Shown: piece by piece, positions 52,770 through 64,000 of the stretch
How the letters are laid out: the number at the start of each line of letters is the position of its first letter
Position numbering within the stretch: position 1 is the stretch's first letter
Assembly (NCBI RefSeq): GCF_006345805.1
Contig: NC_043000.1
Location: 137,268,001-137,332,000 of the forward strand
Direction of reading: 5' to 3'
Source: Octopus sinensis
Lineage: Eukaryota
DNA: 64,000 nucleotides
Program-made: the position numbers and the translations under genes
The notes under the pieces: generated by a model
Seen by the model: only the letters and a program-made list of their open reading frames with translations
What the model was told of the DNA's origin: nothing
Databases searched by the model: none

Positions 52770-52970
52770 CTGTGGTTATTTGATGTACTTCCGGTTTGGT
52801 ATATCATCAATACTTATTTAATTGGCCACGGACGTATCAAAGGTGTTTAAACCGATCGAACGGGTATTTGAGCCAAGAAACGAAAGCAGAAACAAATTTT
52901 AAGAATCGCTACATTTAGAAGCTTTGCTTTTTCGACGGCCTCCACAATAAAATGGCGGTGGTGAAGAAGG
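52770..52970. promoter_or_regulatory. Possible housekeeping-type promoter or first-exon region
   Basis: Locally CpG-richer; ETS-like CCGGAAGT on the minus strand (52787-52794); YY1-like AAAATGGCGG (52949-52958); candidate minus-strand donor CAG|GTACAT at 52770/52769. Confidence 0.25.
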
Positions 52971-52983
52971 AAAAGAAGAAGAA

Positions 52984-53018
<35 letters not shown>

Positions 53019-53040
53019 TAATAATAATAATATTAATTAA

Positions 53041-53269
53041 TTTATTTACTACCCACAAGGGGCTAAACATAGAGGGGACACACAAGGACAGACTAACTGA
53101 TTAAGTTGATTAAATCGACCCCACTGCGTATCTGGTACTTAATTTATCGACCCCGAAAGGATGAAAGGCAAAGTCAACCTCGGCGGAATTTGAACTCAGA
53201 ACGTAGCGGCAGACGAAATACGGCTACGCATTTCGTCCGGTATGCTAACGTTTCTGCCAGCTCGCCGCC
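53041..53269 (-). mobile_element. SINE type A inside (AAT)n tracts
   Basis: Full-length match to other type A copies. Confidence 0.9.
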
Positions 53270-53270
53270 T

Positions 53271-53316
<46 letters not shown>

Positions 53317-54173
53317 CAACAACAACAACAACAATAATAACAACAACAACAATAGCAACAACAGCAATAATAATAATTGTAATAACAACAACAACAACAA
53401 CAACAACAACACAACAACAACAACAATAATAATAATAATAATAATATAATAATAATAATAATAATAAGAAGAAGAAGAAGAAGAAGAAGAAACAGTCAGG
53501 AATAAGAAATAATACCTCTTGGGTATCGCACTGCTATTAAATTTCTGACATTTCAGAAGGATAGTTAAAAAGAAAGTAATAATGCTATAAAAGAAAATTG
53601 AAATAGACCAAAAAATACCAATAAGACACAAACTTTCAAAATATATGTTTATGCGAATAGGTTCATCGTACTCCGCTGTCAATCATCCGATGAATTGATT
53701 TCGAAGTGGCCACAGTTCAGCACTTGATGGTGAAAGATGCCACACAGACTTCTGGATATCGAGAGGACAAAATAAATAAATAAATAAATAAATAAAAATC
53801 ATCGATGAAAATGTACATAAATATATAAATAAAAAAAAAATATCAAAAGAAAGTAAAAAGAAAGCTATTGAAGGCGATCATTAAATAACTGACGAAGAAT
53901 TTTTCAAGTACTGCATCATACCTATTAATGTGGTATTTGTGTGAAACCTTATGGAAATAATTTTTTTGGGGGAAGAACGAAGTGTGGGGGGCGTTCAGGA
54001 AATTATGGACAAGATTTATATCGCAACTATTGACAGGGAAATAATATCCTGAATTGTGTAAATAATTTTAGAGCTTTCCTCTCCATAGTTGGAAATGTCA
54101 AGCAGGAAATACCGGGTGTTATAATGAAATTGAAATAGATGCAAACTCACTCACACAGAAGCATGAATATATA

Positions 54174-54245
<72 letters not shown>

Positions 54246-54339
54246 TGTGTGTCTATATACTTATATATATGTATGTATATATATATATATGTGTGTGTGT
54301 GTCTATATACTTATATATATGTATGTATATATATATATA

Positions 54340-54389
<50 letters not shown>

Positions 54390-54902
54390 AACATGCCTGT
54401 ATTTTTATGTGTGTATGTGTTTGTATGTGTTGTTTGTGTGTGCGTATATGTATGTATAAAGATGCATACACACACATATATATGTAGAAATACACCTATA
54501 TATATAAAATCACATGTATGCACATGTATATACACATACATACACACACACTTATACACGCAGACACTTAGATACACAAGCATACACACACACACACATA
54601 CACACACAGACATGAGTATTGATTTTATCGACTATTGTTAGATTGGCTTAGAAGTCTCGGCGGATAGGTGTACGGCAATGAGGAATACCATCTAACAAAC
54701 GTCTCTTCGAGGAAAAAGAGTACATTAAATGATTGTTTCTGAAGGCCACATTTTTGTGAGTAGCAGAGTTGTATCCAAGTATACCGATTGCAGTACTTTA
54801 TATTACTTTAGATGTTTCGACCCAGGATGAACTGAATGGATGAAAAGCAAATTCGACTGAAGTCAGATTTGAACCAGTTTGTAAAGAGTCCAATCCAATA
54901 CC

Positions 54903-55138
54903 TATTTCTTTATTACCCACAAGGGTCTAAACATAGAGGGGACAAACAAGGACAGACATAGGTATTAAATCGATTACATCGACCCTAGTGCGTAAGTGGT
55001 ACTTAATTTATCGACCCCGAAAGGATGAAAGGCAAAGTCGACCTCGGCGGAATTTGAACTCAGAACGTAGCGGCAGACGAAATACCGCTCAGCATTTCGT
55101 CCGGCGCGCTAACGTTTCTGCAAGCTCGCCGCCTGCTT
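54903..55138 (-). mobile_element. SINE type A with 16-bp TSD, nested in an older related SINE (about 54780-55190)
   Basis: TSD agtccaatccaatacc at 54887-54902 and 55139-55154. Confidence 0.9.
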
Positions 55139-56540
55139 AGTCCAATCCAATACCGTAATGCATTTCAACAGTTGTTGTAACGGTTCTACCAATCCTAGTC
55201 AAACTTGGATAGTTACCTACACTCATACACAGGCACCCAATCCTCTCACACTCATGCTAGCACTAATTATTAAATGCATATTTCTTTCATTACTTTATCG
55301 CAATCTTAATCTCTCCCATTAAACAAACTGAAAGGTTGTCCGTCCTCTACGTGGCTGTTTAGTATGCTAGTAATATCAGAGAACACATGAATCAGAGGAA
55401 TTTTTCCTTAAAATATAATTATAATTAAAACATCAAAACAAATAGGAAACAGAGTTGAGATGCATGAAATATCCGTTTCCCCTATTTATTTCCACTTTAA
55501 ATTCCTATATATCCACTTGAATGATATTTGCAGATAATTTCAATGAAAATAACTATTTTTCTAAAACTTATGACGAAACAAAATTGAACCGTGTGAACTA
55601 GCCAAAACTTCTCTCACAAAGCTGCTCCATAAATTCCGATATTATCGCTATCTACACCATCTGAAACGTATTAGTAGAAATAATCATTAATAAATATACA
55701 TTTTTCAAAAAGTTATCATGGAAAAATCCGGCATGGCATAATTGTGTAGTTATGCCCTAAATATATTGACTCAGTACGATTAAACTCAATATAGGATTCA
55801 AAGGAAATTCAGACCTAACATATCAGAAAAATTACACAAACTGGGAATCAAATGCGTAAATACCATATAGCAACTAGCAGAAAATCTTCCTGAGCGTGGT
55901 TTTCCTACTAGTTACAATTAAAGCTATTTAAAACATCCTTGCAAACTATCCAACAAGAAATTTATCCTTAGAGTAAACAACCCAATTCTAAGTCAATTAC
56001 ATTGTTGGTGACATTAGCTTAGCTAGTTGAAGAGTATTGATAGCAAACGCCTCTATAGATATATTCAGCTCATCTTTGTTGACTGCTAAACTTCTGCATC
56101 TAAAACCCTTCTATGAAGCGCGTAAGATATTGTTACAACCTACAGCATACTAGAATGGAATGATATTGATTTAGTGTATGCTAGAAAGCCCCTGTTGTTG
56201 AATAAAGATTCTACCTTGTCGAAAGTATAGTCCTTTGACGAAGTATAAAGCCATAAAAAAATGTCCTTTCTCGGAGCGACAGACATTGATATTTCATATT
56301 GTTTTGTCTTATCAATGTCGCATATCGAACAAGGCCTGTTACAAGCCGACTATGACTATATGCTAAATAATTAGAACCATCTGCTGACATGTTGTATCGT
56401 TTTATGCCACGGAAAAAGGAAGTCAAATATGAATTAGCAGCAACTAGAGGTAGATAAACAAAAACGAAGACATATACACAGGATAAGTGTGTCGTTAGTT
56501 CGCGTATCGGTTGCTGCTTTTAGCCGTAGTAGAATGGCAC

Positions 56541-56797
56541 AGGCGTGCCTGTGTCGCAAGAAGCTAGCTTCCCAACCACGTAACTTCGGGTTCAATCCCA
56601 CTTTGTGACACCTTGGCAAGTGTCTTCCAATAAAGTGTCAGATCAACCAAAGCCTTGTGAGTGGATCTGATTGGTGGAAACTGAAAGAAGCCCGTCGATT
56701 ATATATGTGCGTGTGTGTGCTTCTATGTCTTGCTGTCTGTGTCGGTGTTAGTGTGTTTACACCCCCCCCCCGTAACTTAGCGGTTCGGAAAAAGAGT
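56541..56797 (+). mobile_element. Diverged SINE type B
   Basis: gggttcaatcccact...ccaaagccttgtgagtgga...aacttagcggttcgg. Confidence 0.75.
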
Positions 56798-58271
56798 ATA
56801 TAGAGACAAGGTTAGTGGTGTTACATCTTCACGGATGTACAACGCAAATTCATCGTGACTTCTTTCTTTTCTGTCAGTAAAGCATGTGTATCTCTGCATC
56901 ATTTATATCTGCAGACAGATGTGTCTCCGTAAGTGCAATGCTTGATTGCATACATGCATACATACGTACATACATACAAACATTCATACATACATATATA
57001 CACACACGCATATATGTATGTATGTATAATGTATATATACAAGCATACATATAATAAAAGTTTGGTGCAAAGGTAATTACAGCTTTTAACCAGCTAATCT
57101 AAAACAATGTATTTCGGCTCAGAATAGATTCTAATTATCGAAATAACAGCCATATACATGTACACGCTTTTGCCAAGAAAATGCAGATCTATTCCTGTGG
57201 TATAGAATTCTGGAGGCTGCAAGCAGAAGAATTATTCGAAGAAGAGTCTCGATATTACTTGTTTGTTGAAGATTATCTTTGCTGAAACGTTACCAACATG
57301 CTTCAAAAAGGAGGAGATGATCGGAAAGAGGTTTGTAGAAGAAAATGGCTGAGTTAATTAAATGTTGGCAGATTCATTGTACAATAGATTGCTAGGGGAT
57401 TCCATGGGGAAAAATTAGTCAATTTCGATTTAGAAACGATGGGTGTTAACATTATAATTCTCAGAGCATTTTGTCTATTTCTTGGCAATACTTCTGTACT
57501 GTTATGTTTCACAAAGATTCAAGAAATGTGAGTTGATGATTGTACTTGCCGATCACCAAAGTGTGACCGCAGCTATGTTTTTATGCAAATTTAGTTTAAG
57601 ATAATGTTATGGTTCTTCAATTGAAGAATCAAGATATTATCCTTGAGCTCAGTCTTATTGCGTGTCATCTTGAGCAAGTGTCTTTTACCATAGCCACAGA
57701 TCAACCAAAGCCTTGTGAGGGGATTTGATATGTATATATATATATATATTCATATATACCCCTCTGGAACAAGATGAGCTGTCAACTTTATCCCGTTTTT
57801 ATTCTTCTATCTACTATTTTAGTCTTTTATACATTGTGTATTCTTTGTCTGGAACTTTCCTACATACACACCTTGAATCTGATGGCAGAATACCCAGCGT
57901 ATGGAGATGTTGACCCATCTCCTGGGATGTCCCAGAAACAGCTGTAAGATATTAATTACTTCTGCTTCTCCATTGTTTGATTCACCTTATTCTAATTGAA
58001 TCTTGTAAACCCCCTGAGATACTCGTCCTACTTTGATTTTGTTGTCCATTTTACATTTAATATATATATATATATTATATATATTATATAATTAGGGCTT
58101 AGTAAAATAAATTACTTTGCCACATACTGAACTTAGTAGAAATAGCAGCCCAAAAATTTTTTTTAGCCATTTCTACTACTTAAAGAAAATTTCTCTCAGA
58201 TAATGCTTACACCAAATAGCTCACGAAGGTTTGGAGGTAAATACAGAAAAATATCACAAGTACATAGATCG

Positions 58272-58334
58272 TTTGAGTACGTCAACGTTTCAAGATTAGC
58301 CAAATAAAATCAACATTTCTTTCGTCAGCTCAAA
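58272..58334 (-). ncRNA. Type I hammerhead ribozyme with a complete core (GUA triplet)
   Basis: Minus strand: TTTGAG, CTGACGA, AAGA..22 nt..TCTT, GAAA, CG-TTGA-CG, TA, CTCAAA. Stem II closes with A-U rather than the usual G-C. Confidence 0.8.
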
Positions 58335-58550
58335 ATTTCTTAATTTGGATTTGGAAACACTAAAAAGAAGGAACTTTACCTATCAACGAACTTGTCGCTT
58401 CAGATGAACCACTCCAACTAACAGTATCAACAAATTCAAAATGCGCAGGCGTAAATCCCTGCACTCCCCTTCCACCCGCGTGGTCTATCTAGCAAACATT
58501 ATATTTTAACCGCGAGAACCGAGGCAGTATGACCGCGAGAATGAATTATA

Positions 58551-58606
58551 ATATCAACAATTGAGGGTAAAATTAATTAATTAATTTTACCCTCAATTGT
58601 TGATAT
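58551..58606. repeat. Perfect 56-bp palindrome with no spacer
   Basis: atatcaacaattgagggtaaaattaattaattaattttaccctcaattgttgatat equals its own reverse complement. Confidence 0.95.
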
Positions 58607-58635
58607 ATATATATATATATTATATATATATATAG

Positions 58636-58674
<39 letters not shown>

Positions 58675-59273
58675 CGTATGTGTGTATGTGTGTATGTATG
58701 TATGTATGTGTGTGTGTGTATTTGTGTGCGTCTTTGTGCTTGTGTTAATCATCCAGCACCACCTCACAACTGCCGTTGGTTAGCTTACGCCCCCGAAGCT
58801 TAGTGGTTAGGTAAAAGAAAAACAGATAAAATTGGTAACATGCATTAGAAAGCACTGGGGTGAATTTCTTCGACTAAACCCTTCAGTGAGGTACCGCTCC
58901 ATGGCCCCAGAGCATTAACTGAAACAAATGAAAGAGAAAGAATAAAAGATTTTGCGACGCCCATTTCTCGAGCCCCTTTTCTGTTTTGACTTTGAAATGA
59001 AATATAAATATTACTCTGAAGCCTCCCGAATTTGTTCCCGAAATAGTTTTCGAATTAGCGTCAATAATGATTACTCTATCAGTCATTGCGGAAGGTCGTC
59101 TTTGTGCTTCTCTCTCGACAAGAGAGAAATTTGTGAAATCAATGTATGCTCTTTGAAGGTCACTTGGCCAAATAATTGCTTAACATTTTAAACAGCTTCC
59201 GCTGATTTTCATTCCGGTTTGAACTCAGAATATTGCCATTCGAATTTGCTGTGTTTGCATCTTTAATATGCTC

Positions 59274-59665
59274 TTTACTCTTTACTCTTTTACTTGTTTC
59301 AGTCATTTGACTGTGGCCATGTTGGAGCACCGCCTTTAATCGAGCAACTCGACCCCGGGACTTATTCATTTGTAAGCCCAGTACTTATTCTATCGGTCTC
59401 TTTTGCCGAACCGCTAAGTGACAGGGACATAAACACAACATCATCGGTTGTCAAGCAATGCTAGGGGGACAAACACAGACACACAAACACACACATGCTT
59501 ATATATATATATATATATACATACATACGACGGGCTTCTTTCAGTTTTCGTCTACCAAATCCACTCACAAGGCTTTGGTCGGCCCGAGAAGACACTTGAC
59601 CAAGGTGCGACTGAACCCGGAACCATGTGGTTAGTAAACAAGCTACTTACCACACAGCCACTCCT
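59274..59665 (-). mobile_element. SINE type B with a small internal deletion
   Basis: Reverse-complement homologue of 49374-49785. Confidence 0.9.
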
Positions 59666-60372
59666 GTGGCTGAAAATACAAACAATGAAAGCAAAACCAT
59701 TAGTATAAATCAACAGAGCGACGATTGCACTTCAAAAGTGTATACTACATGAACACAGTTAAATAAAAGTTTACTGTAAAATAAGCGTCAATGTTTAAAA
59801 TAACAGACAACGGTGTTATTTCTGCACCGTGAAAAATCATTACAGAGGTAAACAACTAAAAAGAAAACTTCACACACTCGATCGTTCTCCCCTTGTTTAA
59901 CCATCTCTACATTTCTTTTTCTAACCTATACTTACTCTTCCTCATTTTCTTTCTCTTGTTCCAACAAGTACAGACCGTATCACTCACACTCTTTATGTAA
60001 CAAACCTACCCATTAAATCTAACTAACACTGACACACAAAATTACAGAATTCAAATAACGCATTTATAAGAAGAAACAAATATGCTTGTGTTTAAACATC
60101 ATGCATGCTCACTAGAAGGAGATATATAGTGAAGTATCTTTTAGAACTAATAACAACTCGTGGAACAGAGATCTTTTCTATATTGTAGTTGTGAGGGACA
60201 CGTTTAGAGAGAATTGAATAATTTAGTTGGCGCCGACCAGCTAATGAATTGCTATAAGAAAACTGTCGAAAGTCTGTTTGGTTTGCGAGTCACGTAAACG
60301 CAACAGGCAACTAATTTAGACCTAATTTCTAGAGTCGCCTTGCGATCACGTTTTACAAGAGTAACTTTGGAC

Positions 60373-60441
<69 letters not shown>

Positions 60442-60510
60442 ACTATCTATCTATCTATCGATCGATCGATCTTTCTATCTATCTATCTGTCTGCCTGCCT
60501 GTCTGTCAGC

Positions 60511-60545
<35 letters not shown>

Positions 60546-60697
60546 CTTTGTTTAACACTGTACTCATGTATATGTGTGTCTATCTATATTGTATTTGTAT
60601 CAGTCTACCTGTATCTCTGCTATCTCTTCTCTCCATCTATCAGTCTCTTTATCTGACTGCTCGTCTGTATGTCCATCTACTTGTAGAACTATCCATT

Positions 60698-60752
<55 letters not shown>

Positions 60753-60946
60753 ATCTATCTATCTATCTATCTATCTTCTTATCGATCAACCGATGTATCC
60801 ACCTGTGTCCATGTGATCATTTATTTGTTTATTTACCGTCTCTATTGATCTAACAAGCTATTTACATTATAGATACATGCATATACATAGAAACACAACA
60901 CTCATAGGTGCATGTATACATATACATACACATATTCATATGTGTG

Positions 60947-61047
<101 letters not shown>

Positions 61048-61054
61048 ATATATA

Positions 61055-61085
<31 letters not shown>

Positions 61086-62245
61086 ATAGTGTGTGTGTGT
61101 GTGTGTATGTGTGTATGTAGAGAGAGAGAAAGAGACGTAAAAGTACTTATAAACTTCCATTATATACATACAATCAACTTCCATTTATCTATCTGTCTGT
61201 CTGTCTGTCTATACACACACACACACACATGTAAGGTCCCCCGTCATATTCGACGACGAGTGTTTACTAGTTTGATCAAAATAGTTATGTGTTAATGGTT
61301 GAGCATATATATATATACCCTTAATGTAATTCGCTGACAGAATCAGACTTTATTTTTGAAATGCAGGTACTTGCCAAAAATACCAGGTAGTGAGATAGAA
61401 CCTGGGATAGTAGAGTGGCAAATTGCTCGACCATACTGCATCTATATTCATGCACTCACACATTATCACACATGTAAGTATAGAAACTGACAATATCTGT
61501 TAACCTTTTCACTAAATAGATAGTATATGGCAATATATTTATTATTCTTCACACACTACATGAAACATAATCTATTTCTGGCAAATATTTCTTGTAAATA
61601 CAATAATATCTATGGTAAACGGTTGCGACTGTATATTGCTAAGACTATTAGTAATATTCTTTTCTGCTCCAGGCACAAACCTATAATTTTTTGGGAGGGG
61701 GGGGGGGCAGTCGATTAGATCGACCCCAGAACGCCACTGGTATTTAATTTATCGACCTCGAAAGGATAAAAGGCGAAGTTGACCTCTATCTATGAATTAA
61801 AAAATATGTATATAACTGCTTTTGGTGTGAGTATATGAATTAGTGACTTGGCTGAAGTTATTAAAGTAAATGATCTGTATTTGTTACGTAGCCCAAAAGA
61901 TAGATTCTTATAGTTCAAGATGGGTTGCATTAAGTAGGTGAGCAATTAAAAGTAAATATTTGTTATTCGCAAATTAGGTTTGTTGGCATAGGCTTTCCCA
62001 GTTCATACAGGTTTCAAAAGAGTCTTCTGTTTCTAAAAGTTATGTTTTACTGTTATAGACCGAAATAAACACCGTGAATATATTAATGTTATAGTACTGT
62101 TAATATAAATAAATCTCAGTACTAAAATATAAATAAGTCTCATCCGCCGTAGTCAGATGTTTTAAGCACGTAAAAGATATATGTATGCATGTATATATGC
62201 AATCAAACACGCACATACACACACGCACACACATACACACTATAT

Positions 62246-62411
62246 AGGCACAGGCTTGGGAGTGTGGTAAGAAGCTTCTTTCTTAACCACATGGTCCAGT
62301 GTTCAGTCCCACTGCATGGAAACTTGGGCAAGTGTCTTCTATATTCTCGGGCCGGGCCGACCAAAGCCTTGTGAGTGGACTTGATTGACCCAAAATGAAA
62401 GTAACCCATCG

Positions 62412-62507
<96 letters not shown>

Positions 62508-62615
62508 TAATAACAATAATAATCTTTGGATGGAATTTATTTTAATCCATCGTTACGTGCCTTTCCACAATTACGTATTTTTAAGATCATAAACCGTATC
62601 TCTGAGATGATTACA

Positions 62616-62658
<43 letters not shown>

Positions 62659-62827
62659 TGTATTTGTGTCGGTGTTTGTCGTCGTAACTTAACGGTTCAG
62701 TAAAAGAAACCGATAGAATAAGTACCAAGCTTTAAAAAATAAGTGCTGGGATCGATTTGTTCGACTAAAAGCCTTCAAGGCGGTGCTCCAGTATGGTCGC
62801 AGTCAAGTGACTGAAAGGCGTAAAAGG
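62246..62827 (+). mobile_element. SINE type B with about 250 bp of expanded internal microsatellite
   Basis: Head 62246-62410 and 3' part 62660-62827 (ccgatagaataagtacc...ggcggtgctccag). Confidence 0.8.
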
Positions 62828-62858
62828 TTAATAATATCTATCTATCTATCTATCTATA

Positions 62859-62932
<74 letters not shown>

Positions 62933-63551
62933 AGTTTGTATATGCATGTAGAATAAAATTCAGGTGTTTCGGTATATGTATCTGCTTTAGGAAAAACTGA
63001 TAAATACATGAAAATATTCTACGAAATAGTAAATGTTTATTTGTTAAATCAAGACTAACACGTATTTATTTCAGGAAGTGCATTTTATTGAAACTGCACT
63101 TTTAAAGTAATATAAGATATCTACGCCCCCAAGGTTGTCATAAACAACGCAATAGTGCGCTGTATTCGATATAAACAGGTGTGATTCTATCTATTTTATA
63201 TATCTCAGAATTACAAAAATGACAGTGGATCTCTGGAATTCTTGAGTTAGATACAGTCTTAGAAAAGCAATTAAAGAATGATGCTCTATGTTTTCTGTGC
63301 TACAACATTTCTCCCAGTGTTGCAAATTAAAGATATTTAAAGTTAAGTTAAACTTTTAAAATGTACTTCTGTAACTAACTGCCCCAAAGAGAAAGAACTG
63401 TTAAAAGAATACACAATGCAATTGAGCTTAATATTAATTGTACTGAAGCGGAAATAAATGGAATCTAATAACCCATGAAATATATTTTGTGAAGCAGTCT
63501 TTGGAGGAGAAGTTGCTTAGTCGATTACATGCACGATCATATAATATAAAT

Positions 63552-64000
63552 TCAACCACGCTCATGGACAAAAAAATTATAATACGTTACATTCGACACA
63601 CACATACGAAAACAAAAAACCATTGAAGAACGTCCTAAAGAAACCACGTAGAATATTTCGTGCTTATAAAGTGAGCCCTGACGTCCGTTCTGTTCCAGGC
63701 ACTGCTGGCAACGCGAAGCAATGGAATCGTTAACATCACGAAACAATTCGATTGGTATTTGCGTGCGTTCTCGTTCAATGGCTGCTTTCAAATCACTGAC
63801 TGTTGCAGGTTTCGTAGCGTAGACTTTGTCTTTTAGGTATCCCCACGAAAAATGTCTAGTGGTGTGAGATCTGGTAAAGCAGAGTGTATTCAGTGAAAGC
63901 CTTTCGTCCAATCTACCTGTTTGGCAAGATCTCATCAAGGAAGGTTCTACCATCGCGATGGTAGTGTGGGGGTACCCCATCTTGCTGAAAATAAACCTCC
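63552..64000 (-). mobile_element. Tc1/mariner transposase C-terminal fragment, DD41D (rosa-like) spacing, pseudogenised; runs off the window
   Basis: With two single-base frameshift repairs it reads YFQQDGVPPHYHRDGRTFLDEILPNR*IGR...PDLTPLD..WGYLKDKVYATKPATV, giving 41 residues between the last two catalytic Asp. Confidence 0.8.

Larger units (their letters stand above)
58085..58606 (-). mobile_element. (TA)n-flanked non-coding element with a hammerhead ribozyme and a palindromic end
   Basis: TA tracts on both sides; termini tatataattaggg and gagggtaaaattaatt; contains the HHR at 58272-58334. Confidence 0.65.

Noticed and set aside
52628-52810. Minus-strand ORF ending GSDVNFIKAHRGIDVAFSGGFFENVNNQKLPIVFK
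   Set aside because: No domain recognised; the implied 35-nt intron is too short to trust.
55800-55900. SEKLHKLGIKCVNTI*QLAE resembling a helix-hairpin-helix motif of Y-family polymerases
   Set aside because: Flanked and interrupted by stops, and lacks the GIG motif; likely chance.
57878-57905. About 27-nt similarity to 15477-15503 (tgatggcagaatac.cagc..atgga)
   Set aside because: Similarity does not extend and the flanking translation shows no PLE motifs.

Overview
AT-rich, microsatellite-saturated eukaryotic DNA. The SINE families resemble those I recall from octopus/cephalopod genomes; this is inference, not a database result. No host protein-coding gene can be supported, and most ORFs in the supplied track are translations of (TA)n/(CA)n/(TATG)n/(TCTA)n tracts. 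The window is a transposable-element graveyard: about 20 tRNA-derived SINE copies of at least five types (several with clean TSDs), Penelope-like GIY-YIG fragments, R4/Dong-like and CR1-like LINE fragments, a deleted pogo-like element retaining HTH-psq and PHD ends, a DD41D Tc1/mariner fragment, mariner and hAT MITEs, two non-autonomous Helitrons, and one tRNA-Thr(AGT) gene. The most interesting signal is a set of type I hammerhead ribozyme (HHR) motifs: two with complete cores (5665-5730, 58272-58334), one single-core-mutant (195-273) and several relics. The best three lie in short (about 370-520 bp) non-coding elements with homologous termini, mostly embedded in (TA)n, and several of these ends carry inverted duplications or palindromes. 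I interpret them as non-autonomous Penelope-like or retrozyme-like elements. All structures and alignments were read by eye.
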